From assembly GCA_963813715.1 (NCBI GenBank), contig CAWFAK010000016.1, positions 1-64,000 on the forward strand: DNA of 64,000 nucleotides, read 5' to 3'. Below the pieces are notes generated by a model. That model had not been told where the DNA came from, did not search any database, and was given only the letters and a program-made list of their open reading frames with translations. How positions within the stretch are numbered: the stretch's first letter is position 1; every line of letters begins with the position of its first letter. The translations under genes were made by a program, and so were the position numbers. Source of the DNA: an uncultured Planctomycetaceae bacterium (GTDB lineage Bacteria; Planctomycetota; Planctomycetia; Planctomycetales; Planctomycetaceae). This document shows, one piece after another, positions 21,751 through 34,300 of the stretch.

Positions 21751-23790
21751 TCAGCGTCGAGTCGCACTGATTGCGGCCACCTGTTGCGGGGGTCGCTCGC
21801 GAAGTGTGGCCCAACCGGCCGTGCGACGACCGTGGGCGTCGACTGCAACCACCTTGACGATCACCGGGCATGTCGCGCTCGAGAAGGACTCTGCCGGCAA
21901 ATCGAAGACGCGCACGTTCGATTGGTTCTGGGCGGTCCGTTCTGTTGCGGCGACATGCGAGGCCGCAGCGTCGCTCGCAGTGATTTCGATCGCTTTCAGA
22001 TCGTCGCCGCCTATGCGGAGCGAAATCCGGTCTTCGCCCAGGTTTTGCTCCGCCGCGATTTGCTCGATGGTGAGGTCCTCTCCGCGCCCGACGTGGACGA
22101 CGGTGCGAATCACGTCGCCCGGTGTTAGGCCGGCGACGACCGACGCGGCGGATTGTTTGACGGACATGCGGTGCGACCAGCTCGCTTCGACCTCAACTTC
22201 GGGCCGATTCTGAGGGAGTGCCACGAGCGAAACCTGGAGCTGCATGCCGCGAGTTCCCGACAGATGGATGCGACGCGTGCCGCCTTTCGGCGAAGCGGCG
22301 GCCACGAGAAAGGCGGCCGACGTCCCTTTGAGCTCGAGAGTCAGCGGGCCGGAGTCGACGACCCATTCGCGTGCTCTCGGACCGGCCAGCCCCCACGGGC
22401 CGACGGAACCGTAAAGGTTGAGCCTGGCGAGCTTTTCGCTGGATTCGTTGGAGTTCGCGTGCGCCGCCGTTTTACCCTCGGGAATGGACGCCGCGTCGTC
22501 GAGGAGCGAGAAGGTCCAATCGCGAAACAGACGCTCGAACGAGCAGCCGGTTGCCAACTCGATGTTGCGCGTGCCGCGCGCGGGCGTCGTGATCAGTCGT
22601 GTCAGCATGTGCGTGCCAAACCGCTCGACGCAATACCGCAGGAACAGGTAGGTGGCCCCGCGGCAGCCATGGCAGCGCCACAGGCCGGCGCGATAGTAAT
22701 CCTCCACCACGAGCGGATAGGCGGCCGTGTCGTTGAGATACCGCGAAATGCGATAGTCGAGATTCGTCCATCCGCCGTCAAACAGACTCTCAGCGCAATG
22801 GGCTAAGGCTTCGTTGAGCCAATCCTCTTCTTCGGGATAGGCCGCATGCGACGGGTCGGCTCCCGTTCGCCGACTGAAGCTGACCGCGTGGGTGTACTCG
22901 TGGATCAGCAGCGTGCGCAGGTGCGGGCCGGGAATGGTTTGCGAATTGACATACATCATGTCGCAGCGATTGCTGAAGGGGGGCGAGATTGAGGCCTGAA
23001 AGTCGCTGCCACGAACGAACCCGCCAATCGACGTACGACCCCCCTGCAAGCGGGCCAGCCACGGGCTCAACAGGACTGAAAAGCGGCCGTCTCCGTCAAC
23101 GTCGCGGTAGGTGCCGAAGACGCCGCGGAATCGCGGGATGAGTTCGTTGTCGAACAGATCCGCAATGCTCGATACGAGCCCGGGAGGCAGCTCCTTAATC
23201 GACTGCTGATTGTCCAGGTACACGCGCACGTTGCGGCCGACGGCCACTTGCTGCGCGGGGACCTTCGCGTACTGGGTGGGATCGTCCAAGCTGCCGTCGG
23301 TCACATGCAGCGCGAATACCCGCGATGGTGTCGCTCCGGTATTCGCCGGAGTCGTAGCTGCGGGCGGGTCAGGAGCCATTTTGCCGCTCGAGGCGGAGGT
23401 CGAAACTGAGTTGTCCGAGCCTCGCGACACGGGGACCAGTGACTCGACAACAGCGCGGAGCGGCTGCACCGCCGGCAATCGCCGGGGCAGGCGTTTCGTT
23501 ACGGCGATTGGCCGTGCGGTGGCCATCACGTGGAAGCTTTCGGTGCCATGAGCCAAGCTCGAGATGACGAGCGTGTACCGTGAGTTCGGCTGAAATTCGA
23601 GGTCGAGATCGGCTTGATCGCGATCGACGTCAACCACGTAGGGTACGCCGGGCACAATCGGCTGCGCGGTGGCGTTCACGGCTTTATCCGACGGCGCCGT
23701 CCGGTCTTCCCGCGTGGCGACGAGCACGCCGGCCAGCGCGGCCAACGTCCCCAAAATGGCAAGTCCGGCGGCTAGCAAACCGCGCCGCAT
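21751..23790 (-). CDS. Exported zinc metallopeptidase (HExxH gluzincin, M30-like)
   Basis: Signal/TM N-terminus, DVDGDGRFSVLLSP, GGFV..SDF, LIHEYTHAV and the downstream WLNEALAH third ligand. Confidence 0.75.
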   Translation of the reverse strand: MRRGLLAAGLAILGTLAALAGVLVATREDRTAPSDKAVNATAQPIVPGVPYVVDVDRDQADLDLEFQPNSRYTLVISSLAHGTESFHVMATARPIAVTKRLPRRLPAVQPLRAVVESLVPVSRGSDNSVSTSASSGKMAPDPPAATTPANTGATPSRVFALHVTDGSLDDPTQYAKVPAQQVAVGRNVRVYLDNQQSIKELPPGLVSSIADLFDNELIPRFRGVFGTYRDVDGDGRFSVLLSPWLARLQGGRTSIGGFVRGSDFQASISPPFSNRCDMMYVNSQTIPGPHLRTLLIHEYTHAVSFSRRTGADPSHAAYPEEEDWLNEALAHCAESLFDGGWTNLDYRISRYLNDTAAYPLVVEDYYRAGLWRCHGCRGATYLFLRYCVERFGTHMLTRLITTPARGTRNIELATGCSFERLFRDWTFSLLDDAASIPEGKTAAHANSNESSEKLARLNLYGSVGPWGLAGPRAREWVVDSGPLTLELKGTSAAFLVAAASPKGGTRRIHLSGTRGMQLQVSLVALPQNRPEVEVEASWSHRMSVKQSAASVVAGLTPGDVIRTVVHVGRGEDLTIEQIAAEQNLGEDRISLRIGGDDLKAIEITASDAAASHVAATERTAQNQSNVRVFDLPAESFSSATCPVIVKVVAVDAHGRRTAGWATLRERPPQQVAAISATRR

Positions 23791-24255
23791 CAAGCAGTTC
23801 CCATCCGTGCGAAGAGAACGGCCCGCCCGCAGCCGCGCCTTCGAAGCGACAGAACGGCCGGACCTTAGACCGGACGGCAATCGCGCGGACGAACACGCTG
23901 GCGCGGGAGCCCCCGCTTGATTCATCGGCTCCGCGGGAGCAGCCCAACCAGCCGAATCGCTACGATCCGGAAAGTCGTGGAATTGGCGGATGCGAAACCG
24001 GATCAGGAGGCCAACTTCCCCTAAAGAACCCGGCGAGTTTCATTCGCAAAAACGACACGAAGGGCTTCCGCTATAGCAAGTTGGGAAATTTGGCCATTTC
24101 GGCAAATTTCGGCGGAATTCACTACGAACCCATCTCCGAAGCGTTATAAAATCGAGGTGGTCTCCGAGAGCATTGCGCGACGGAGCGCAGGACGGGCCCG
24201 CCTCGGATCCTTTGGCCTCGGCTCACTTTGACGATTCTTTCGGGAGTTACGACAT

Positions 24256-27002
24256 ATGGCGATCCGGCAGGGGCTTGCCATGAGCGCGGCTGTTGTCGTC
24301 GCGGCATTTACGGTCGTTTCAAATCTGGCGGGGACGTCGCTGGCAGCAGGCAGCGTTCCGGCTATCAATGCACCGATCTGCGTCTATCAGCACGCAACGC
24401 CGCAGGGTGACGCGTATTTCGCCTTGGGTGTGCGGGCCGATCGGGCCATGCTCCCGTTGGGAGACGTGCGGACCCACGCGATCCTGGTTGACACGTCGGC
24501 GAGCCAGTTCGGCTCGTACCGCCAGCGCTCGCTGGAAATCGTTCGCGAATATCTCGCCGCGCTCGGCAACGCCGACCGCGTGCGACTCTATGCCGTAGAC
24601 GTCCAGGCCGAGCCGCTGATGACGGGGTTCGACGCGCCGAAGTCGGCCGTGTGCCTGAGCGGACTCGAGACTCTGTCCAACCGCGTGCCGCTCGGCGCCA
24701 CGAATCAGCTAGCTTGCCTCCGCAGCGTGCTGAGCGAACTGCCCGCGGACCAACCGGCCGCGATCGTTTACATCGGTGACGGCATGAGCGCCGCTCACCT
24801 GGCTCCGCCGGCCCAAGTCGCCGAGCTGGCCGCAGAGATGCGCGGCCACCGCGTGACGATGAGCAGCTTCGCCCTGGGGCCCCAGACCGACGTGGAGATG
24901 CTGGGAACGTTGGCCGAACAGACCGGCGGCATTACCCTGCTCGACAAGCGACTTGCTCGAGGAATGTCGCCCGGCAGCGAGCTGGCGGCCGCCGCGAAGC
25001 TTCCCGCCCTGTATCCGACGCGGTTCTTGATCGACGGACAGAACGTCGACCTGATGCCGCACACGGCGATGCCCCTCCGCAGCGATCGCGAGACCTACTA
25101 CCTCGGCAAAGGCCGCGTGGCCAAGGCCTTGACCGTGACCTTCGAATTCGACGGGGGGCGGTCGCTAACGTTTGCGGCCAAAGATGCCGCCCGCTTCGAT
25201 GCCAACGCCTCGCTGGGGTACTTCTGGCAGCGTGCTCAGTCGAGCAACGGCGTCGCCGTTCCGCTGGCTGGCAAGAACCTGGTTGCCGCCGGACAGGACG
25301 CGTTTTCTGAACGAATCGATACGATGCTGACGGCCGGTGAGCAGGCCGTCGCCTCATTCGATGCGGTCACCGGCGAGCAGATGGCCCAGGCCGTCGCCAC
25401 GTTGGACCGCGGCAACAAGCGGGCCGCCGCTCTGGCCGCGTCGGCCGCCAAGCTGCGGAAGGAAATTGCCGCCCACGAAATTCTGCGACAAGTTGCGCCG
25501 GACGCCGGTCAGGACACGGCTCCGCCGGCTGGCACGCGTCCGCCTGCTGGTCCGCCGCTCCCCTCGGCGCCTGCCGGACAGTTGGGACCGCGCGTCGGGC
25601 CCCCCGCCGAAAGCTCGGTGAATCGTTATCGCGAATTGATGTCCGTCCGCGGCCAGCAGCTCAACAACGAAGTCACCGCGGCCATCCAGGACAACCGCCG
25701 CGCGGGACTCACCGACCCCGATTCGGCCATCGCGAATCTCAAGCGCGAGCTGGACACCGTCGCGGTGGCCGGCGACATCGAGCCGCAAGTGCGGGAAGAA
25801 TTGTCGCGGCGGCTGACCAACACGATCCAGGAGCTGCGCAGCGTCAAGGAACATCAGCAGATCAATCGGCTGAACGCGGCGGAACATGCGGCCCAGGTCG
25901 AGGCCCGTCGCAAGTCGCTCGAGCAGATGTCGCTCGAGGAGACGCGTCTGACCGAGCTGATCGATCAGTGCCGGGCTTTGCTGGTGCAGGGCGTCCACGG
26001 CGACGACAACGCCTATGAGCAGGCCCAAGCCGTCGCCGGGGAGGCGGTCAACCTTCGGCCGGGCAACGGGCCGGCTACGCAGGCCAGGGTTACCTCCATC
26101 GCGGCCGGACGGTTGAACCAAGCGAACCGGCTGAGGCGTTTGCGAGAAGATCGGCTCCTCGAAACGATGTACCTGGTCGAGTTGGCGCACGTGCCATTCC
26201 CGGACGAACCGCCGATCCAGTGGCCCAACGCCCAGGTCTGGCGGGCCCTGACCGAACGGCGCAAGAAGTGGCGCAGGTCGACCTGCGTTCGGAGAGCAAG
26301 CCCGAGCAGCGGATCAGCGAAGCCCTCGACCAACCGGTCGACTTCAATATCGAACCGCAATCGCTCAAAGACGCGCTCGAATTCATCGCAGCCCGGTATT
26401 CGATTCCCATCGTGATCGATCAACGGGCACTGGATGACGCGAATGTCGACACGACAACCGAAGTGAAGGGGACCTTCCCCGGCATCAAGCTCCGCAATTT
26501 GTTCAAGCTGTTGCTCGAGCAATTGACCTCGCCGTTGACCTACGTGATCGAAGACGAAGTGTTGAAGATCACGACCGTCGACAAAGCGAACGAAAAGCTG
26601 TCGATCCGGATGTACCCGGTCGGCGACCTCATCATGGGACCGCAGCAGTTGCAGGCGCTTGCGGGCTCTGGCGGCGGCGGCGCGGGCGGCAACCGCGGTG
26701 GCCAGGGCGGCGGTGGCGGCGGCATTGGTGGCGGTGGTGGTGGCGGCGGCTTCGGTGGCGGTGGCGGCGGCATGGGTGGCGGTGGCGGCATGTTCAGCGT
26801 GCCGCCCGAGCCTCTCGCGCCAACGGCCGCACCGCCGGCGCCGGCTCAGAAGCCGATTCCGCATGCTGCGAAGATTGGCCACTCGACGACGCAGTCCGTC
26901 GCCGGATCGGGACAAGTCTTTGCGCAAGTGGACGACTCGTCGTCCGGCTTCACAAATGACTCGGTGCAGTCCAGCAAAAAAAAACGGGACGAGGCGCGTT
27001 AA
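24256..27002 (+). CDS. Exported VWA-domain protein with helical region, STN/secretin-N-like domain and Gly-rich tract; frameshift near 26272
   Basis: Signal peptide, ILVDTSASQ (MIDAS), YIGDGMS and FPDEPPIQWP in 24256..26415. It continues in 26220..27002 with SLKDALEFI...IVIDQRAL...YVIEDEVLKITT...RMYPVGDL and poly-Gly. Confidence 0.75.
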
Positions 27003-28578
27003 ATTCCGCTGACAGGGAAAACCAGGGAACCACGAGCAAAAGTCGCGCAGCCGACAAAGGGCAGGCGACTTTTGCCGCTTCTGTGCCGCCGCGGGTCGAC
27101 GTCAAGATCCCCCTGCCGCCCGAGGGCTCGACCGAGCCGCCGCAAAAGTACTGGCGGGACTATTTCAACAAGCATCAGCTGCCGGGTCCGGCGATTGCCG
27201 ACCTGGCGCTGCGACTGACGAACAAAAAAAAATACGAGCAGGCAATTGCCGTTGTCGAAGGCGCGCTCGTCAGCGGCCAGGTCGAGCCGTGGATGTATGA
27301 CGTACTGGCCGTCGTCATGCAGCTGGCCGGGCGCCCGAAGGCAGAGGTCGAGCGGGCCCTGTTGTCGCGGATCGATTTCTCGGCGACCGACGTGCCGACG
27401 ACGCTCTTCTCGGCCGCGTATCTCACGCGTTTCGGTGCGAAGGAGCAGGCGATCAAGCTTTATCGCCAGGCCGCCGAGATCGAGCCGACTCGTCCTGAAG
27501 CCTACGTTCTGGCCCTGCGTCTGGCCCGCGAGGTCAAAGACTACGACGCCATCGCCTGGGCCGCGCCCGGCGTGCTGCGGACCGCCTGGACCAGGGACCA
27601 CGAGCAACTGCATCGCGACGCGGAAGATGCCGCTCTCGATGCCGAGCGGGGCCTCAAGTCGGTAGGCCGACAGTCGGACGCCGACGCCCTCCGCGGAGCG
27701 ATGACGCAGGCCCGCACGCGGGACCTCTTCGTGCGGCTGCAGTGGGCCGGCGACGGCGATCTCGATTTGTCGGTCGAGGAGCCGCTCGGCACCACCTGCT
27801 CGGTGATCGACCCGCAATCGCAAGGTGGCGGCGTGCACATGCACGACGGCTACGGACCCAAGCCCGAGGACTGCTACGAAGAATATATCTGCGCGCTCGG
27901 GCGCCCGGAGTTTACGTCGTCCGCGTGCGGCGGATCGACGGCAGCATCGTCGGCAAGCGGGCGCAGCTCACCGTCGTACTCAACCAAGGGGGACCGAACG
28001 AGGCGTCACAGTCGTTCGTGCTCAAGCTCGACAAGGACGCTGCGGCCATCCGCATTCCGGTGCCCAACGGGCGCCGACGGCAACTGGCGCCCGAGCGACG
28101 GGCGATGGAGGGGCACTCGGCCGTCCTCAATCGGATCATCGAGTTCGTTGCCCACAGCCCTTCGCCTCGTTCGATCAACTGGTCTTCGCTGCCGAGGTCG
28201 TTCGCGCCGGGTGTCGCGATGCCTCGCAAAGGCCACACGCGACAGGTTGGCGGCGGTGGCGGTGGCGTAGTCAACGCAGGCGGACAGGGGGGCGGGCAAG
28301 GTGTAAGCGGCACGCCCGTGATTGGGCAAATCGGCGTGGGCGGGGGCGGAGTCGGGAACGTCGGCGGCGTCAACGTGCCGTCCGGCGGATTGGCCGTCGG
28401 CTTCGAGCCGCAAATCGAGGTGATTCCCGAGGGGTCGATGATGACGGCAGCCGCCGTGATCTCGGCGGATCTGCGCTACGTGCGGCTCGCGGTCGTTCCG
28501 AACTTCTCGACAATCAGCGAAGTCTTCACGTTCACCTTCGTCGGCAGCAACGCCGGACAGACGCAGCGATCGCAATAG
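26985..28578 (+). CDS. TPR + YfaP/DUF2135-like domain + C-terminal secretin-like segment; frameshift near 27900; reading frame open back to the A9 run
   Basis: TPR-like AIKLYRQAAEIEPTRPEAY, LQWAGDGDLDLSVEEPLG...EEYIC, and a C-terminal GFEPQIEVIPEGSMMTAAAVISADLRYVRLAVVPNFS. First in-frame start is GTG at 27083. Confidence 0.65.
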
Positions 28579-28591
28579 GCGGTACGGCGAA

Positions 28592-29641
28592 TCAGCGGTT
28601 CCGAATGGGGGTCGGGCTGACGTCGAGATCGAGTGCCGCGCGCCGGCCGCGGTCGAGGTGCTCCCACGCCATGGCGGCCATGGCCGCGTTGTCGGTGCAG
28701 AGGTTGGGCGGCGCGATAATCACTTCGAGCGATTCCGCTGCCGCCAACTCCGCCAGACGCTCGCGCAAGCGGCGGTTGGCCGCGACGCCTCCTCCCACCA
28801 AGAGTCTCGGCCTCCCGGTGCGGCGCACCGCTTTTCGGCACTTCGCCACGAGCACGTCGACGATCGCCTCTTGATAGGCGGCGGCCAGGTCGGCGACGCG
28901 TGCCGGATCGAGGGCTCCCGGCTCGAGAGCGCCGGGCTGCAGCCGTCCGTGCGATGTCCCCTGCATTTCGTAGAGGAGTGCCGTCTTCAGTCCGCTGAAG
29001 CTGAAATCGAGTTGCGGGCTGTCGATCATCGGTCGCGGAAACTTGACGGCCCGCGAATTGCCCGCGGCTGCCGCTCGCTGAATTGACGGGCCGCCCGGAT
29101 AGGCCAGACCGAGCAACTTGGCTCCCTTGTCGAAGGCTTCGCCCGCAGCGTCGTCGATCGTCGAGCCTAGGATCTCGAACTCGACGGCCGAGCGACAATC
29201 GAACAGGAGCGTGTGACCGCCGCTCACCACCAGGCCGACCGCTGGGAAGACCGGTCGACCGGCCGACATCTGGCAGGCGAACAGGTGGGCCTCGACGTGA
29301 TTGACGTCGACGAGCGGGATTTCGAGCACGAGCGACAGGGTCTTCGCCGCGGTGAGCCCGACCAAAAGTGATCCGACGAGCCCCGGCCGGCTGGTGACGG
29401 CGACGGCCGCCAGGTCATCGAGACCCACGCCCGCAACGCGGAGCGCCTCGTCGATTGCCGGGATGATCCGTTCGACATGCGCCCGCGATGCCACCTCGGG
29501 CACCACGCCCCCGTACTGGCGGTGCAGCTCGTCCTGGCTGCAAACGACGTTGGAGCGAATGCGCAGACAACGGTCGATCACCGCGGCGGCCGTTTCGTCG
29601 CAGCTCGACTCGATTGCCAGAAGCAGGCCGGGGGCGTTCAT
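28592..29641 (-). CDS. tsaD: tRNA N6-adenosine threonylcarbamoyltransferase TsaD
   Basis: [55 protein letters not shown] and CTDNAAM motifs. Confidence 0.97.
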   Translation of the reverse strand: MNAPGLLLAIESSCDETAAAVIDRCLRIRSNVVCSQDELHRQYGGVVPEVASRAHVERIIPAIDEALRVAGVGLDDLAAVAVTSRPGLVGSLLVGLTAAKTLSLVLEIPLVDVNHVEAHLFACQMSAGRPVFPAVGLVVSGGHTLLFDCRSAVEFEILGSTIDDAAGEAFDKGAKLLGLAYPGGPSIQRAAAAGNSRAVKFPRPMIDSPQLDFSFSGLKTALLYEMQGTSHGRLQPGALEPGALDPARVADLAAAYQEAIVDVLVAKCRKAVRRTGRPRLLVGGGVAANRRLRERLAELAAAESLEVIIAPPNLCTDNAAMAAMAWEHLDRGRRAALDLDVSPTPIRNR

Positions 29642-29703
29642 GAATCCGCGTGTGCCGATCCTGAAAGCCGACCCCGACAATGCCTGTAAGTACCCGGCCG
29701 ACC

Positions 29704-31146
29704 TCAGCCGATGCCGTAGAGCGCGGGCCGCTTGGCGGGAGTGGGTCGGCTGGCTGCCGCTTTCTTTTCCGGCACCGGAGCTGCCTTGGCCTTCTGATCG
29801 CCCTTGGGCGCGCCTTTGCCGACCTCGGCCAGCTTGGTGCGGACGGCCGATAGCGCCCGGTCGAGCTGGCGATCCTTGAATTCGCTGGTTGGCGGGCCAT
29901 CCTTGCTAAGGATGTCGCGATCCCGGCGATACGTTTCCATGTATTCGCGCGTTTCGCGGGGCGTGAACTTCACTTCGTAGCCTGTGTCGGGCATCACGCC
30001 CCAAGCTTCGCTTTCGCTCATGCCGGGGAACCGGTGAATGTTCTTGCCGCTGGGCCGATGGTAGCTGGCCGTTGTCAGCTTGAGGGCACTCGTGCCATTT
30101 TCCAGCTCGATCACGTTCTGCACGCTGCCCTTGCCCCAGGACCGCTCGCCGACGATTACCGCGCGATGGTGGTCTTGCAGGCAGGCGGCCACGATCTCGC
30201 TGGCCGACGCGCTATAGTGATTGACGATGATGGCCATCGGGAAGTTGGGGAACGTTCCTTCCTTCTTGGCTTCCCAAACGCGTTCTTGCGTGTTGCGACC
30301 CTTGGTGCTGACGATCGTCCCGCCGTCGATGAACATGTCGGCGATTTCGGTCGCTTGCGAGAAGAGCCCGCCCGGATCGAATCGCAGGTCGAGGACGAGA
30401 CCCTTCATTCCCTCTTCGAGCAGCGTGTTGATGGCCTTTTCCAGCTCGATCGCGCTGTGCCGGCTGAAGTGCGTCAGCCGCACGTAGCCGATCTTGTCCT
30501 TCTTGTCGATCATGTAGTCCCAGGATCCGTCCGGCTTGTAGTGATCGCCCAGCACGGTGGCGACATGAATCACGTCGCGGACGAGGGTGACTTGATCTTT
30601 CTTGTGCGACCCGACGTGCTCGATCCCCAGCTTCACCGACGTGCCCGGCTTGCCTTTGAGGACCCCAACGGCCTTGTCGACCGTCCAGTCCCTCGTCGAC
30701 TTGCCGTCGACATCGGTGATGGTGTCCCCGGCAATGAGTCCGGCCCGGTACGCCGGCGTGCCCGGCAGGGGCGACATGACGGTGAGCTGGTGAGTCCGCT
30801 CGTCCGGATGGATCTGAATGCCGATCCCGCCGAACTCCTGGTCGACCGACTCGCTGAACTGGGTCATCTCTTCGGGCGTGATGTAGCTCGAATAGGGATC
30901 GAGCTTGGACATCATCCCTTCGATAGCGGCCTGCAACAGCTCCCGACGGTCGATGTCCTTGACGTAGTTGCGTTCGACTTGCTGGAACGTTTCGACGAAC
31001 GTCTTCATCAGCGTGTAGTAGTCGTCCTTCGCGCCGTCCTTTTTGTCGGCCTCTTCGGCTCGGACGGACGGGGCCGCGAGAACGGCGGCCGCCAGGATCG
31101 GAACGAGAACCCACAACGCCGGCGACCAAACGCGTTTCATTGGCAT
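29704..31146 (-). CDS. ctpA: Carboxyl-terminal processing protease (S41, PDZ)
   Basis: Signal peptide, LDPYSSY, FGGIGI (PDZ), [18 protein letters not shown] and [11 protein letters not shown] motifs. Confidence 0.93.
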   Translation of the reverse strand: MPMKRVWSPALWVLVPILAAAVLAAPSVRAEEADKKDGAKDDYYTLMKTFVETFQQVERNYVKDIDRRELLQAAIEGMMSKLDPYSSYITPEEMTQFSESVDQEFGGIGIQIHPDERTHQLTVMSPLPGTPAYRAGLIAGDTITDVDGKSTRDWTVDKAVGVLKGKPGTSVKLGIEHVGSHKKDQVTLVRDVIHVATVLGDHYKPDGSWDYMIDKKDKIGYVRLTHFSRHSAIELEKAINTLLEEGMKGLVLDLRFDPGGLFSQATEIADMFIDGGTIVSTKGRNTQERVWEAKKEGTFPNFPMAIIVNHYSASASEIVAACLQDHHRAVIVGERSWGKGSVQNVIELENGTSALKLTTASYHRPSGKNIHRFPGMSESEAWGVMPDTGYEVKFTPRETREYMETYRRDRDILSKDGPPTSEFKDRQLDRALSAVRTKLAEVGKGAPKGDQKAKAAPVPEKKAAASRPTPAKRPALYGIG

Positions 31147-31393
31147 CAGCTTCCCCTCGAGGTCGGCGCTCAGTGAAAAGCGCGCTTGAGCGACCCTGGT
31201 TAAGTTCAGTCTAGGTTGCGGCCGTATTTTCGGCAAGTTCCGCATTTTTGCGAAACCGGACCAGACGGCCCGAATCCGACGAGAATTTGCCGAATCGCCC
31301 GCTTGGTTGACGCGTTCGGATGCGGTTGCTGCAATCGACCGAAGAACGCTCACGGTCCACCGAGTTTACGGTCCAGGGAGAGGCGCCGTCGCG

Positions 31394-34300
31394 ATGAAAG
31401 GTCCGGTCGAAGTCTGGTGCGGAGCGGCCGGCTCGGGCAAGACGAGCCACCTGCTGACCCTCTTCCGCGACGAACTGCGACGGCTGCAGACCGCGGGGAC
31501 TCCGGGCCAGGCGGTGTGGATCACGCCGACAGCGCGCTCGCGCCGGGCCATCCGCCACGACCTGCTCGATCCGAGCCTGGACGTCTGCTTCGCCCCCAAT
31601 GTGTTGACCTTCGATCAATTCGCCGAGCGGCTGCTGCAGTCGACTGGGCCGGGAATCACCCCCCTGTCCCGCGTGGCACAGCGGATCATCGTCCGCACAA
31701 TCATTGACGAGGCGCTGGCGGCCGAGTCACTGCCGCATTTCGGACGGATTGCCGACACGTCCGGTTTTCTGGACCTCGTGCTCGGGCTGATTGCCGAACT
31801 CAAGCGCGATGAAACCGAGCCCGACGATTTCGCCCGCTCGTGCCGGCAACGCAATCTGCCCCGCGACAACGAGCTGTTGGCGATTTATTCCCGCTACCAG
31901 GAGCGATTGAACGAGCTGGCCCTGTACGATGCCGAGGGACGGTTCTGGGCGGCGCGGATCGAGCTGGAGAACAAGCGGCGCGGCATCTTCGACCCGCTGA
32001 CGTTGGTCATCGCCGACGGCTTCGCCGACTTCACGCAGCCGCAGTACGAAATCCTCGAACATCTGGCCGGCTACGCGCAGCGTGTTGTGATCTCGCTGCC
32101 GCTGGAGCAGCCTGTGCGGCGGCACGATCTATTCGCCAAGTCGAAGAAGGCCCTGGAAGAGATCCGTCGCCGCTGCACTGTCGAGTTGGTGGCGTGCGAC
32201 CCAGTGCCCAGCGTAGCTGGCGAACCGGCAACCCCGACCTTTCGACACGTGGCGGATCATTTGTTCGACAATCCGCGGACGACGCCCCAACTGGCGGATG
32301 CGACGGGGATCGAGATCATCGCGGCGGCCGGCCCGGCTGGCGAAGCGCGGGCCGTCGCAGAACGGGTCAAGCGGCTCTTGCTTGACGGCGTGCCGGCCGA
32401 AGAGATCGTGATCGGCACTCGCTCGCTCGATGAAGAGGGGGCGGAGCTGGTTGCCACGCTCCAGGCGACGGGAATTCCGACCAGTTGCGACACGGCCACC
32501 CACTTTTCGCAAACGGCGATCGGCCGGGCGCTCTTCGCCGTCCTGCAGACCGAGCTACAAGACTGGGCCTTTAACTCGCTCGCCTCGGTGCTGCGATCGA
32601 ATTATATCCGGCCGCGCTGGCCGTCAGCCGGGGCCGTTGCCGTCGAAGCAACGATCCGCGCACTGCGGCGTTACCAGCTCGGCTCCGATCGCCAGCACAT
32701 CTTGAATCGGCTGGCCCGGCTGGCCGAGCGACCGGACAGTGATGCCAAGAAGCGGAGTCGGCAGGAGGACGTCCGCACGGCCGCGGCCCTGTTGCAAGCC
32801 TACTCCGAGGCGACCAAGCGGCTGCGATCGTCCAAAGATCTCCGCGGCTGGACCGAAAGCCTGCTGGGTCTGGCCAGCGAATTGGGGATTACACCGAGCC
32901 GTCGACCCTCCGCGACGGAGGCACCCGGTGCAAAGCTCGACGAGCGCGATCGCCGCGTCTGGGACGCGCTCAGCGAGGTCTTGCACGAAGCCGCGCAGGT
33001 TCGCGAGCTGCTCGCCGATGTGCGTCCGCTGTCGCTGGCCGAATTCGCGCGGTTGGTACGCGATCTGTTCGAATCGCAGACGTTGGTTGACTCTGCGGGC
33101 GAGCGCGGCCGCGTCCGCGTGGTCGAGGTCGCGGACGTCCGCAATCTCGACGTGCCATATCTCTTCCTGATGGGACTGTCGGAAGCCAGCTTTCCCCGCG
33201 CACGGCGGGACGATTGCTTTTACAGTGCGGCCGAGCGTCGCGAGTTTCTGCGGAAGGATCGTTCGAGCCAGGAGCCTTCGACGCCGCAGCAGAACGAGAT
33301 GCTGCTCTTTTACTCGATCGTGACGCGGGCGCGGCACTGCCTCACGTTGAGCTATCCGAGCGTCAGCTCGTCGGGCCAGCCGCTCTTCCCCAGCCCGTAT
33401 GTGACGGCGATTCGCGATCTGTTTTACCGGCCCGCGATCCAACCGTCGCCCAAGATCGACCTCGATCCGGTCCCGACCCCCGAACGCGTGTTGTCGGCGG
33501 CCGACCTGCGGCTGGCGGCGACCGACGAACTGCACGCGGGACGGGCCGGCCTGCTCCGCGCCCTGGCCGAGTTGCCGGCCGGCGGCGCCGCCGCGCGGAG
33601 CATTCTGGCGGCGGCTGACATGAACGCCCAGCGATTCGAAGAGCATGGATTCACGCCGTTCGAGGGGGTGCTCCAAAACGAGTCGACGGTTGCGCAGCTC
33701 GGAAAAAAATATTCGACCGAATACCAATTCAGCGCGACACAGCTCGAGCGGTATGCCACCTGTCCGTTCCGCTTCCTGATGTCCGATGTGCTCGACCTCG
33801 AGCCGCACGACCCGGTCGAGCCGGAGATCGATCCGCGGAAGCGGGGCCTCGCGCTGCACCGCGTGCTGGCCAAGTTGCACGGTCCACTCGAGGGCGGGCG
33901 ACCATTGGCACCGACCGACAGCGCGTCACTCGCCGAAGCTCTGCGCGAGTTAGTCGCGGGAGAGTTCGCGGTCGGTGCCGAAATCCCGCCGTACGAACGG
34001 GCCCTACAAGCGGCCGAGCTGCAGTTTGCCGAGCGATTCGCCGAGCTCTATTCCCGCCAGTGCGAAGAGTATCAAACCTCGGTCGGCGAGGGCTGGGATG
34101 AGCCGCCCGCGCCGCGTTATATCGAATTGGCCTTCGGCAACGTCCCCGATGCTCCGGAGCAACCTGACGCAGCTAAGCCGCTTCCGTGCGTCACGTTTGG
34201 TTCCGGGCCGACCCCCGTCCGCGTTCGCGGCCGCGTGGACCGGATCGATGTGGGCCGTCGCGGTGGTCGAGATGCCTTTACGGTCATCGATTACAAAACC

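Noticed and set aside
26668..26790. GGC/GGT tandem repeats (also 8451-8478)
   Set aside because: They encode poly-Gly tracts in frame. They are not CRISPR or a non-coding satellite.
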